From: Planctomycetota bacterium
GTDB lineage: Bacteria > Planctomycetota > UBA8742 > UBA2392
Reading direction: 5' to 3'
Length of the DNA stretch: 64,000 nucleotides
Assembly (NCBI GenBank): GCA_016712285.1
Contig: JADJRK010000001.1
Span: 897,098-961,097 of the forward strand
Shown: piece after piece, positions 54,972 to 64,000 of the stretch
Position numbering within the stretch: position 1 is the stretch's first letter
Layout of the letters: each line of letters starts with the position of its first letter
Translations under genes and position numbers: made by a program
The notes under the pieces: generated by a model
Told to the model about the DNA's origin: nothing
The model's database searches: none
Seen by the model: the letters and a program-made list of their open reading frames with translations, nothing else

Positions 54972-56372
54972 ATGACCGACGTACCGCCCATCCCGCCGCC
55001 GCCGCTCGAAGCCGCAGACCACACGGCGCAGCACGAACAACCCGCAGAGCTTGCCCGCACGCTGCCTGTGCCCAGTGCCGCATGGGTGCTGTACGACACC
55101 GCCAACACCGTTTACGCGGCTGTCCTGACGTACCTGTTTGCACCGTACGTAGGCGACCTGTTCGGCGGCCGAAGTGTGTTGGGGATCGTCAACAGCCTCT
55201 CGATGATTGCCGCGGGCATGTGTGTGCCGGTGTTCGCGTCGCTGGCGGACCACACCGGCCGCGCGCGGCTTTACCTGGTGATCTCGACGCTTGGCTGTAT
55301 CGCAGGGCTGGCCTGCTTTGGCGTGAGCAGCAACGCTTTCTTCATCATGTCGGCGTTTTTCGTGGCCAACGTCGGCTACAACGCGGCGCTAGTGTTCTAC
55401 AACTCGCTGCTTGCCAGTGTGGCGACGGGCAAGCACCAAGGGCTCGTCTCGGGCATGGGCGTGGGGCTGGGCTACATCGGCACCATCCTGATTGTGGTGC
55501 TGCTGGGCCTGCCTGAGCAGATCGGCTACCGCGCAACGTTTCTGGTTTCGGCAGGGTTGTTTCTTGGGCTGGCGCTGCCGTGCTTTCTGTTGGTGAAAGA
55601 GCGCCGCGTCACGTCGCGCAAGCAGTTCAGCGGTGCCTTGGTGAAGCAGCAATTCCTAAGCGTACTGCGTACAGTCAAAGGATTGCCCAGGGACCGCGCG
55701 ATCATGTGGTTTCTGCTCGGGAACTTCTTCTGCGTCGACGTGCTGAACACAGCCATTCTCTACTTTGGCGACTTCACGCGCGGCACATTCTTCGTCAACA
55801 ACGGCACCGCCGACGCCCCCGACTGGGTACCACGGGGCGACGAAGCGCCGAGCCTCTTTGGTATCGTCATTGAGACTCCGACCGCGCTGCTGACCTATGC
55901 CGGGCTGAGCCTGAACTTTCTGGCGCTGTTGTTCGGCGTCACGCTGGGCTTCATGACCGACAAGTTTGGCAGCTTGCGTGTGTTGCGCCTGTCGGCGGCG
56001 TTTCTGGCGCTGGGCCTGCTGGGTGCCGCGTTTGGTGGCGGCACGAACTTGCTGCTGTACATGGCGGGCATATGCGGTTTTGGCGCGCTTGGCCTTGCAG
56101 GCATCTGGACAGCCGGACGCAAGCTGCTGATCGAGCTTAGCCCGCGCGAGAAGCTGGGCGAGTACTTCGGTCTCTACGGGATCACGGTCAAGCTGTCGGT
56201 GATCGGAAGTGCTGTGTTCGGCATCATCTATGACCAGGCCACGCGAATCAGCGGGGATGACCTGATCGGCTGGAAGGCGGCCCTGATTTTCCAGGCGGTG
56301 CCGCTGGTGTTGGGCCTTGGCCTGTTGATGCTGGTCAAGCCGCGCAAACGGGAACCTGCCGCGAGTTATTGA
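54972..56372 (+). CDS. MFS transporter
   Basis: 12 predicted TM helices. The start is uncertain (ATG 54972, or the upstream TTG at 54942). Confidence 0.75.
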   Translation: MTDVPPIPPPPLEAADHTAQHEQPAELARTLPVPSAAWVLYDTANTVYAAVLTYLFAPYVGDLFGGRSVLGIVNSLSMIAAGMCVPVFASLADHTGRARLYLVISTLGCIAGLACFGVSSNAFFIMSAFFVANVGYNAALVFYNSLLASVATGKHQGLVSGMGVGLGYIGTILIVVLLGLPEQIGYRATFLVSAGLFLGLALPCFLLVKERRVTSRKQFSGALVKQQFLSVLRTVKGLPRDRAIMWFLLGNFFCVDVLNTAILYFGDFTRGTFFVNNGTADAPDWVPRGDEAPSLFGIVIETPTALLTYAGLSLNFLALLFGVTLGFMTDKFGSLRVLRLSAAFLALGLLGAAFGGGTNLLLYMAGICGFGALGLAGIWTAGRKLLIELSPREKLGEYFGLYGITVKLSVIGSAVFGIIYDQATRISGDDLIGWKAALIFQAVPLVLGLGLLMLVKPRKREPAASY

Positions 56373-56432
56373 CACGGGTTGCGCCGCCCGGCGCCAGCCC
56401 TACACTGCGCGCGACCTTTACAGGAAGCCCGT

Positions 56433-57359
56433 ATGCGAGCGACACGCGACGCCTTTGGCAAAGCACTTCTGGAACTGGGGAAGGAAAACCCCGACGTCGT
56501 GGCGCTGACCGCCGACCTTGGCTGCAGTGTCAAGACCGACGAGTTCGCCAAGGCCTATCCGCAGCGCTTTTTCCAAATGGGCGTCGCCGAGGCCAACATG
56601 GTGGACGTTGCCGCGGGCATGAGTACCGCGGGCAAGATTCCCTTCGCCACCACGTTTGCCATGTTCGGCACAGGCCGCGCCTGGGAAAGCGTGCGCAACA
56701 CCATCGGCTATTCCGGCTTGAACGTGAAGATCGCCTGCACCCACAGCGGCCTTGGGGTAGGGCCGGACGGGGCATCGCACCAGGCGCTGGAAGATATCGC
56801 GCTGATGCGCGTGATCCCCGGCATGACGGTAGTCGTGCCAGCCGACCATGCGGCGGCGTATGACCTGACAAAGAAAGTGGCTGCCCACAAAGGCCCGGTG
56901 TATTTGCGGCTGGGGCGCCCCAAGGTGCGCGATGTCTATACGGACGGCGACAAGTTCGAGATCGGCAAGGCGCGTGTGCTGCGCGAGGGCACGGACATCG
57001 CGCTGATCGCGTGCGGGCCCCAGGTCGCGTTTGCACTGGAAGCCGCGGAAGTGCTGGCCAAAGAGGGCATCCAGGCTTCGGTGGCGGACTTTCACACGGT
57101 CAAGCCACTTGACGTGTCAACACTTCTGCCGCTCGCACGCTCCGCGCGCAAGGGCGTAGTCACCTGCGAAGAACACAACGTGATTGGCGGCCTCGGCGGC
57201 GCGGTAGCTGAGGCGCTGGCACGGCTGCAGCCCACAAAAATTGCGTTCGTGGGCACTCAGGACACGTTCGGCGAAAGTGGCGAGGCCGAGGACCTCTGGG
57301 CCAAATACGGCGTGGATACCCAAGGCATCCTCAAAGCCGCCCGTGGACTGGTGGGTTAG
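56433..57359 (+). CDS. Transketolase C-terminal subunit (pyrimidine-binding plus C-terminal domains). No N-terminal partner is present in the window
   Basis: ATG 56433 (AGGAAG RBS). ...FFQMGVAEANMVDVAAGMS...HSGLGVGPDGASHQALEDIALMRVIPGM.... Confidence 0.85.
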   Translation: MRATRDAFGKALLELGKENPDVVALTADLGCSVKTDEFAKAYPQRFFQMGVAEANMVDVAAGMSTAGKIPFATTFAMFGTGRAWESVRNTIGYSGLNVKIACTHSGLGVGPDGASHQALEDIALMRVIPGMTVVVPADHAAAYDLTKKVAAHKGPVYLRLGRPKVRDVYTDGDKFEIGKARVLREGTDIALIACGPQVAFALEAAEVLAKEGIQASVADFHTVKPLDVSTLLPLARSARKGVVTCEEHNVIGGLGGAVAEALARLQPTKIAFVGTQDTFGESGEAEDLWAKYGVDTQGILKAARGLVG

Positions 57360-57510
57360 TGGTTTGCCCGTCACGCGCATGAGTTCCGACGGCCTCCGGT
57401 TGTCGCGTGCGATGGCAAGGGCTGCACGTGCTCCGAATCGATCCTCGGCCGCGTGACGATGAAATGTACAATTGCGGAATCTCCAGCATCGTGTTTGCAA
57501 GGAGTTCGCA

Positions 57511-58551
57511 ATGCGTCGCACTCTCTTAACGATCAGCTTGGCTGCCATAGCGCTGACCTGCTTGGGCGGCCTCAGACCTTCACTTGGCGAAACTTCGAAG
57601 TCGCCACTCGTCGCGCCGGTCGACAATTGGGGCGGGTGGTGGCCGGAAACACAGTTCAAAGAAGGCGACCAAGTTAACGCGGACATGCTGGCCAACTTGC
57701 CTCGGGCTTTCTTGCACGTCCGCTACGGCACTATTTCAACCGAATGTGGCGACGCGTCCGTCGCCTTCGAGCACTCAAGCAAAGGCGACGGCTTAATTAT
57801 GCAATTGGGTTGGGCTGGGCCAGGTACAAGTGCCTCCAAGGAAGAATGGAGAGACCGCCCGCAGCCGCGTGCAGGTGACGTCAAGGCCGTTATAGTTCAC
57901 GAGGGGGAGGTTGTGAGGGAGCCGACCAATGGTGAGCCCGCTGTGTTGGGGTGGTTCGGCGGTTCCTTGAGCACCACAGGCGGCATGACGATCGAGTTTC
58001 AGTGGCTCCCTGCCGACTATGAAGACTACTGGTGTCGAGTTGATGTGAAAGCCCAGCGATTCTGGTTCCTGATCCCTTACGGGCTTGGTTCAAGCACCAA
58101 GATGCCTTTGAACACAACGCAGGTCGAGCGCGGGCCACCAAAGCCTCCCGCTGGCGCACACGATACCGACACGGTCAAATCATGGGCGTCAGTCAAGTAT
58201 CACCTCTTTCGCGAGAAGGAGAACGAGAATCTCCACGCGAGCCTCACCATTTCGAATCGCGAATACCCTCAACTTGTGCTGGAACTGTACCGCGAAAAGA
58301 CGCGTTGGACACTAGATGCGCCACGCACCAGCGCAGCGTACCTGTGGCCGAAGGGATACACCCGCTTTGCCTTGCTTTTTAAACTCGAGCGGGACTTCTC
58401 GATGCGCCGCACCGATTACTTGCAGTTCTTTCACCACGGACACGACGTGGCATGCTGGGGAGTGCTGCGTGTGACGGTTGAGGACAAAGCGACGGACCTT
58501 TGCATACCATCAAGTCTGCTTCATGCGAGGCATGGATCAGTTTGGCCTTAG
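57511..58551 (+). CDS. Secreted hypothetical protein in a compositionally atypical (about 55% GC) gene
   Basis: ATG 57511 with AAGGAG RBS. Signal peptide MRRTLLTISLAAIALTCLGG. Uses TTA/ATA/TAT codons that are rare elsewhere in the window. Confidence 0.55.
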   Translation: MRRTLLTISLAAIALTCLGGLRPSLGETSKSPLVAPVDNWGGWWPETQFKEGDQVNADMLANLPRAFLHVRYGTISTECGDASVAFEHSSKGDGLIMQLGWAGPGTSASKEEWRDRPQPRAGDVKAVIVHEGEVVREPTNGEPAVLGWFGGSLSTTGGMTIEFQWLPADYEDYWCRVDVKAQRFWFLIPYGLGSSTKMPLNTTQVERGPPKPPAGAHDTDTVKSWASVKYHLFREKENENLHASLTISNREYPQLVLELYREKTRWTLDAPRTSAAYLWPKGYTRFALLFKLERDFSMRRTDYLQFFHHGHDVACWGVLRVTVEDKATDLCIPSSLLHARHGSVWP

Positions 58552-58572
58552 CTTGGGCGCTGGATCTGCGAG

Positions 58573-59559
58573 CTACTCGGCTTTCAGCGTCCGTGTCATC
58601 AGGCGTTTTACCGCTTCCTTGGGGGATGCGCCTTCGTACAGCACGTTGCAGACCTCGTCGCAGATTGGCATCTCGACACCCTGGCGCCGGGCAAGCGCTT
58701 GCAGTGCAGCCGCCGTGTTAAAGCCTTCGATTACCATTTCCATGCCATCGACAATCGCTTGCGGCTGCTCGCCTTTGCCGATGCGTTCGCCGAACGCGCG
58801 GTTGCGACCGTGGCGCGAGGCGCACGTCACGTACAGGTCGCCGATGCCGGATAAACCACTGAACGTCCGTTCTTCGGCGCCAATGGCCAGCCCCAACCGC
58901 GTGATCTCAGCCAGGCCGCGGGCCAGAAGCGCGGCTTTGGCGTTGTCGCCGAGCCCCAAGCCGTCAATGATGCCGGCTGCGATGGCAACGACATTCTTTG
59001 CAGCACCCGCCAGCTCAACACCCTTGAGATCCTTTGAGTGATAGACGCGAAAGGCGGGTGTCGACATCAACTCAGCCAGCGCCGCCGCGCGGGTCTCATC
59101 GCCGGCGCTGACGACGACGGTGGGCAAGCCTCGCGCGACTTCTTCGGCGTGGCTGGGCCCAGATAGCGTCAGGCAGTGCGCGGCGCGGGTAAGCTCGCCC
59201 AGGACTTCCGTCGGAAAGTGCAGACTGCCCTGCTCAATGCCTTTGCTCAGGCTGACGATCGGGAGCTCGATGGGGTATCTGCCGTCGAGCGCGCGAAAGT
59301 GCTCGCGCAGATAACGAGTAGGAACTGCGCAGAAGCACCAGTCAAAGTCGGCAAATGCCGGCAGGTCAGCCGTCGGCGTAATGCCGGGGGGAAGCGTTAC
59401 GCCGGGCAGAAACGACTTGTTCTCGCGGGTGCTGACAAGCTCGGCTGCCAGCTCGGCCCGGCGCGCGAACAGCGACACGCGTTTGCCGGCACCGGCCAGC
59501 AGCACGGCGACCGCGGTGCCCCAGCTGCCGGCCCCAATGATGGCGACGTTTGCGGTCAA
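58573..59559 (-). CDS. gpsA: NAD(P)H-dependent glycerol-3-phosphate dehydrogenase
   Basis: I place the start at TTG 59559, with a perfect AGGAGG 7 nt upstream and a TTGA overlap with the plsY stop. LTANVAIIGAGSWGTAVA Rossmann; ...GLKLGDNAKAAL-like (GLGLGDNAKAAL) region. The track's longer extension runs through plsY. Confidence 0.9.
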   Translation of the reverse strand: MTANVAIIGAGSWGTAVAVLLAGAGKRVSLFARRAELAAELVSTRENKSFLPGVTLPPGITPTADLPAFADFDWCFCAVPTRYLREHFRALDGRYPIELPIVSLSKGIEQGSLHFPTEVLGELTRAAHCLTLSGPSHAEEVARGLPTVVVSAGDETRAAALAELMSTPAFRVYHSKDLKGVELAGAAKNVVAIAAGIIDGLGLGDNAKAALLARGLAEITRLGLAIGAEERTFSGLSGIGDLYVTCASRHGRNRAFGERIGKGEQPQAIVDGMEMVIEGFNTAAALQALARRQGVEMPICDEVCNVLYEGASPKEAVKRLMTRTLKAE

Positions 59560-60212
59560 GCTGCCTCCTGCTTGCGGCCGATGCGGGGTTCTTCGCCCTT
59601 CATCATGCGCCGCATGTTTGCCCGATGTTTTACCACGACAAACAGGCAGACGAAAATCAGGAACAGAAAACGCCACATCAAAGGCTCCGACAGCACCACC
59701 GGCCCCATCCAGATGAAATAGAACGCCGGGATACTGACCGCCGCGACGATGCTGGCTGCACTCACGATACGCGTGACGGCCAGAACCAGCGCAAACACAC
59801 CCAGCGCACACAGGGCTGCCAGCGGAATGTACGTGTCCGGCATCATCGTCAGCACCATCACCACGCCCAGGCCGGTCGCCACGCCCTTGCCGCCCTTGAA
59901 CCCGATGTAGCACGAATAGAAGTGCCCCAGCAGCGCCCCAATGCCCGCGAACAGCACAAGGTCAGCTCCGGCATGCGCGGCCAGGAAGTGGCCCGCAAGG
60001 CACGGTCCCGCGCCTTTGAGTGCATCCAGCAGCAGCACCAGCGGAAACCACTTGAACCCGATAACCCGCGCGGCATTGGTGGCGCCAATGTTGCGACTGC
60101 CGTGCTGGCGGATATCGACGCCCTTGACCAGGTATCCGAAGATCAACCCGAAGGGAATGCTGCCCACGAGGTAGGCTGCGATGAGCGTCCCGATGATCCA
60201 GGTCCAGGTCAT
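59556..60212 (-). CDS. plsY: Glycerol-3-phosphate acyltransferase
   Basis: ...AYLVGSIPFGLIFGYLVKGVDIRQHGSRNIGATNAARV...FKGGKGVAT... PlsY motifs. Confidence 0.9.
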   Translation of the reverse strand: MTWTWIIGTLIAAYLVGSIPFGLIFGYLVKGVDIRQHGSRNIGATNAARVIGFKWFPLVLLLDALKGAGPCLAGHFLAAHAGADLVLFAGIGALLGHFYSCYIGFKGGKGVATGLGVVMVLTMMPDTYIPLAALCALGVFALVLAVTRIVSAASIVAAVSIPAFYFIWMGPVVLSEPLMWRFLFLIFVCLFVVVKHRANMRRMMKGEEPRIGRKQEAA

Positions 60213-62050
60213 GCGTTCGCCGGGGACAACGAGTGCGCGTACTTCGTCAGTTCAGCGATCATGTCAAACCGGTTCATCGGCGTGATCATGTAGAAGCCTT
60301 GCACCTCGGGCGCGATTCCCTGCATCATTTCTTTGGCGATGGCAATGCCTTCGGCGCGGCCCTTGTCGCCCTTCAAGCCGGCCATGCGCTTGCGGATAGC
60401 CTCGGGCACATCGATGCCGGGAACTTCGTGATGCAAAAACTCGGCGTTGCGTTCACTGACCAGGGGCATCACGCCCAGGACCAGCGGCACGTTCAGCTCG
60501 CGACAGGCTGACGTGATCTCGCACGCGCGACCCAGGTCAAAGACCGGCTGCGTCATGATAAAGCGCGCGCCCGCCTGCACCTTGCGCTGGAAGCGCTTGA
60601 CTTCGTTTTCGAGTTTGCGGCTGGCGCAATTGAACGCGCCGCCCACAAAGAAGCCCGTGCGCGCGCCCTCCTGGCCGCCGGTCGCAAACTCACCCTGATT
60701 GAAGCGGCTGATCAGCTCTATCAGTTTGTGGCTGGCCATGTCAAACACGCCGCTTGAGCCTTGATATGCCTGCGTCGCGACGGGGTCGCCGGTGACGGCA
60801 AGAATGTTCGACACGCCAAGCGCGTGTGCACCAAGAATGTGGCTCTGCGTGCCGATCAGGCTGCGGTCGCGACATGCAATGTGCAGCACGATCCGGGCTG
60901 TCATCTCGCGCATGAGCAGTGTCGCAAACGCCAGGTTGCTCATGCGCATGATCGACAGCGGGTTGTCGGCGATGGTGATGCCGTCGGCGCCCGCCTGCAC
61001 AATCTGCCGGGCACCCTCGATCTCTCGCGACGCGTCAATGCCGCGCGGCGGGTCAACCTCGGCAATGACGATGCGGCGGGTCTTGAGGTCCTGCTCAAGC
61101 GTCGGCTGCATCGCCACGGGTGCAGCCGTGGCCGCGCGCTTCACCGGCTCAGCGGGCACGCGCACGTGCCGGATGCTTGGCTTGCGCGCCTGCAACAGCG
61201 CCTTGAGTTTGCGAATGTCGTCGGGCGTTGTGCCGCAGCAACCGCCGATCAGGTTCACACCCAGGTCGGCCAGGCGGCGCGCGCTGCGGGCAAAGTAGTC
61301 GTGGCTTTCGATGTAGACGGGGCGGCCCAGTTCATCGAAGTCGGCGAGCCCGCGGTTGGGATAGATGCTCACGGGCCGGTCGGTGTTTTCGGTGATGCGT
61401 TTGGCAACCTCAAGCGCAGCGGATTCGCCGCCGCCGCAGTTGGCCCCGATCACGTCTGCGCCGTTTGCCGTAAGGTCCTTCACCATGCGTTCGGGCGAAA
61501 TGCCGCTGGTGGTTGTGCCAGCCAGCGAAAAGGCCATCTGCGCGATCACCGGTGTGCCGGGCGCGGCTTGTTTGGCGGCGCGCAACGCGAACACCAGTTC
61601 GTCGAGGTCGCTGAAGGTCTCCAGCAGGATCGCATCAACGCCGCCTTCGACCAGCCCCGTGACCTGCTCGGTGAACAGCCGCGTGCGGTCTGCTTCACTC
61701 AGCTTGACGCTGCTGCGGAACAGTGGCGCGACCGAACCGAGCACCCAGGCCTTGCTGCCAGCGGCGGCGCGTGCGAGCTTTGCGCCGGCGCGACAGACGT
61801 CAATGCTGCCGGCTGTGACCTCGGCGGCGGCCAGTGCCAGCGCATCGGCGGCAAAGGTGTTGGTTTCGATCACGTCGGCGCCGGCATCCAGGTACTCCTG
61901 GTGCGCGGCTTGCACAAAGGCGGGCTTGGTAAGGTTCAGCACCGGCCCGACGCCGCCGCTGGCCAGCAAGCCGCGGGCAGAAAGCAACGTGCCGTACGCG
62001 CCGTCACCGACGAGTACGCGCTGCTTCAGGGCATCGAGCAAGGGTTGCAT
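60209..62050 (-). CDS. Fused homocysteine S-methyltransferase domain plus methylenetetrahydrofolate reductase (YitJ-like)
   Basis: N-terminal Hcy-binding domain with GGCCGTTPDDI (Zn ligand Cys pair); C-terminal MTHFR (...ARFIMTQPVFD...). Confidence 0.85.
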   Translation of the reverse strand: MQPLLDALKQRVLVGDGAYGTLLSARGLLASGGVGPVLNLTKPAFVQAAHQEYLDAGADVIETNTFAADALALAAAEVTAGSIDVCRAGAKLARAAAGSKAWVLGSVAPLFRSSVKLSEADRTRLFTEQVTGLVEGGVDAILLETFSDLDELVFALRAAKQAAPGTPVIAQMAFSLAGTTTSGISPERMVKDLTANGADVIGANCGGGESAALEVAKRITENTDRPVSIYPNRGLADFDELGRPVYIESHDYFARSARRLADLGVNLIGGCCGTTPDDIRKLKALLQARKPSIRHVRVPAEPVKRAATAAPVAMQPTLEQDLKTRRIVIAEVDPPRGIDASREIEGARQIVQAGADGITIADNPLSIMRMSNLAFATLLMREMTARIVLHIACRDRSLIGTQSHILGAHALGVSNILAVTGDPVATQAYQGSSGVFDMASHKLIELISRFNQGEFATGGQEGARTGFFVGGAFNCASRKLENEVKRFQRKVQAGARFIMTQPVFDLGRACEITSACRELNVPLVLGVMPLVSERNAEFLHHEVPGIDVPEAIRKRMAGLKGDKGRAEGIAIAKEMMQGIAPEVQGFYMITPMNRFDMIAELTKYAHSLSPANA

Positions 62051-62095
62051 GGGCGGGAGTATATGAGGTCAAATCAATCGTGGTAGCCCGGCAAC

Positions 62096-63205
62096 TCAGA
62101 GTTCCAGTCGCACAAAGCGCTTGCCGGGCAGCTGCTTTGCCAGGCGCTTCATTTCAAGCGTCAGCAGCCCTGCGGCGACCTGTGCCACGGGCAGACTTGT
62201 CTTGCCCGCCAGCTCGTCGGGTGTAAGTCCGTCGCTTGGCAGCAGAACGTTCCAGAGCGCGCCTTCCGTGCTCGTGAGGCCTTGCGGCCCATTCCTTGAG
62301 GCACTGTTCGGGGCGGCTTCCTGCGGCAGTGTCTTGAGCATTTCAAGCTCGTCGTACACGTGTGCGGGCTCCGTTACCAGATGCGCGCCCTCGCGAATCA
62401 GGGCGTGCGGACCTTCACTGAGATCGCTGTCTACCTTGCCAGGCAGCGCGAACACTTCCCGCCCCTGCTCGCCGGCAAGCCGCGCCGTGATCAGGCTTCC
62501 CGACTTCAGCGTCGCCTCGACTACCAGCACGCCCAGGCTCATGCCGCTGATCAGCCGGTTGCGCTGCGGAAAGTTGCGGGCGACACCCGGCGTATTGAGC
62601 GGAAACTCGCTGACCACCGCCCCGCTTTCGGCAATCTGCAGCGCGAACTTGTCGTTTTCCGGCGGATAGATGTCGAGCAGGCCGCTGCCAACGACGGCGA
62701 TGGTGCGGCCGCCGGCTTCAAGGGCGGCGCGGTGTGCGGCAGTATCAATGCCGCGCGCAAGGCCGCTGACCACGGTGACACGCCGCGTAGCAAAGTCGCG
62801 CGCGAAGCGCGACGCCTGCGCGGTGCCGTAGTAACTGGCGCTGCGTCCACCGACCACCGCAAGTGCCAGCGTGTCATCTGCGTGTAGAGTGCCGCGGACA
62901 TACAGCAATGGCGGCGGGTCTTCGATGCGTGTCAGCAGTTGTGGGTACTCGGGTTCGCCGAGCATGACCAGCCGCACACCCGCCTTGTCGGCTGATTCCA
63001 TCTCGCGCAGGTGCTCGCCTTTCCGGATGACTTCGGCCAGCGCGCCCGACGCCTCGCGGTTGACTTTGGGAACTTTTGAGAGTTCGGCCTTGGGCGCGCC
63101 CACGATTCCGGCGGCACTGCCGAAGCGCTGGAACAGGTTGCGAAGCGCCAGCGGCGTGAACTTGCGCGCGACCGTCAGCGCAACGCGGGCATCAAGTTCG
63201 TTCAT
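62096..63205 (-). CDS. dprA: DNA-processing protein A
   Basis: ...[39 protein letters not shown]... is the Smf/DprA Rossmann-like core. Confidence 0.85.
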   Translation of the reverse strand: [369 protein letters not shown]

Positions 63206-64000
63206 CGCGCGGCCCCATCAATGTGCGCAGCAGCGACGAGTCTACCGTGCACGGTTGGACGACAGGCTCGCCCAGCGCCTTGAGCAGCACGAAACCAACG
63301 GCTGCGCCACCGCGCTTCTTGTCGCCCAGCATGACCGCCGCTGCAGCCTCCGCGTCAAGTTCCGCTGGCACGTTCGTCGGCAAGCCGAGCGCTTGCAGCA
63401 GCCGCACCACGCGCTCTGCGACTCCGGGGTCCAGCGCGGCACGCTCGACCGAAAGGCGAAGCGCCGCGACCATGCCAATCGCCACGGCCTCGCCATGAAG
63501 CCACCGGCCCGGGTACAGGTTTTCAAGCGCGTGACCCAGCGTGTGGCCAAAGTTGAGCATCGCGCGGCGCCCCGTGGTCTCCAACTCGTCCTGCTCGACC
63601 ACGGCGGCCTTGAACCGAACGCAGTCAGCAATGATGCGCGTGACCACTGCGTCATTGCGGGCAAGGATTGCGGACACCTCCTGCTCGAGTGTCGCAAACA
63701 AGGCCGCGCTGCCAATCGCCGCTGTCTTGACGACCTCGGCCAACCCGCTGACGTACTCGCGGACCGGCAGCGTCTCGAGAAAGGCGATGTCACACCAAAC
63801 GGCATGGGGCTGATGAAACGCGCCAATCAGGTTCTTGCCGGCAATATGGTTGATGGCCGTCTTGCCGCCAACGCTGGAATCCACCATCGCCAGCAGCGTC
63901 GTCGGCACCTGGATGTATCGCACGCCCCGGTACAGCGTGGCGGCTGCAAAGCCGGCGAGGTCGCCGATCACGCCGCCTCCCAGCGCAATGATCACGGACT
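63192..64000 (-). CDS. aroB: 3-dehydroquinate synthase; the N-terminus lies beyond the window end
   Basis: ...GGGVIGDLAGFAAATLYRGVRYIQVPTTLLAMVDSSVGGKTAINH... The reading frame stays open to position 64000. Confidence 0.85.
   Translation of the reverse strand, partial: SVIIALGGGVIGDLAGFAAATLYRGVRYIQVPTTLLAMVDSSVGGKTAINHIAGKNLIGAFHQPHAVWCDIAFLETLPVREYVSGLAEVVKTAAIGSAALFATLEQEVSAILARNDAVVTRIIADCVRFKAAVVEQDELETTGRRAMLNFGHTLGHALENLYPGRWLHGEAVAIGMVAALRLSVERAALDPGVAERVVRLLQALGLPTNVPAELDAEAAAAVMLGDKKRGGAAVGFVLLKALGEPVVQPCTVDSSLLRTLMGPRDERT

Noticed and set aside
62051-62095. S-box (SAM) riboswitch upstream of the yitJ-like metF fusion, as in Bacillus
   Set aside because: Only 45 nt separate it from dprA and the genes look co-transcribed. 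There is no room for a roughly 100 nt S-box and no conserved SAM-I motifs are visible.

Overview
The window is a 64 kb high-GC (about 64-65%) segment of a Gram-negative-type bacterial chromosome. It is gene-dense, mostly housekeeping, with several accessory patches. I found no integrase, transposase, CRISPR array or cas gene.

Housekeeping genes I can support (strand in brackets): hisS (-, 5' partial), pgpA (-), an Mla-like lipid transport operon (mlaE, mlaF, two MCE/MlaD-like genes and a TPR lipoprotein, +), a Leu/Glu-type amino-acid dehydrogenase and gluQ (+), an S41 peptidase (-), aminopeptidase N (+), uppP (-), miaA and ybjQ (-), a NUDIX hydrolase (+), a futalosine-pathway radical-SAM enzyme (-), pheA and an aminotransferase (+), an MFS transporter (+), a transketolase C-terminal subunit on its own (+), gpsA, plsY, a yitJ-like fused Hcy-methyltransferase/MTHFR, dprA and aroB (all -, aroB 3' partial). 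There are two tRNA genes, Lys(CTT) and Asp(GTC), each followed by a hairpin terminator.

Signalling genes: a partner-switching module made of a membrane HAMP-PP2C phosphatase, an RsbW-like kinase and a STAS antagonist, plus two tandem receiver-PP2C response-regulator paralogs.

Accessory genes: a Phd/YefM-ParE type II toxin-antitoxin pair with a TGTACA-N6-TGTACA operator, an SRAP (YedK) gene next to tRNA-Lys, a possible HEPN-motif protein and an SPFH protein next to tRNA-Asp, and a compositionally foreign (about 55% GC) secreted-protein gene. Many lipoprotein and secreted hypothetical genes are present; they include an ELWxxDG-repeat protein with an unusual C-terminal tail and a secretin-N-domain-only protein.

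The most unusual non-coding structure is a pair of about 100-135 bp arrays. Each array holds four consecutive perfect 8-9 bp hairpins with 3-4 nt loops and is bounded by the same 8 bp inverted repeat (AGTGGCAT / ATGC(C/T)ACT). The two arrays bracket an orphan 156-codon gene, and the exchanged stems differ by compensatory base-pair changes.

Separately, a second repeat family forms three intergenic clusters. Its units have conserved ends (CTCAC(G/A)C and AAGAACTGC) around an internally duplicated variable octamer; one cluster is organised as a higher-order tandem repeat with a period of about 340 bp.

All protein calls are from reading the translated ORFs; no database search was possible.
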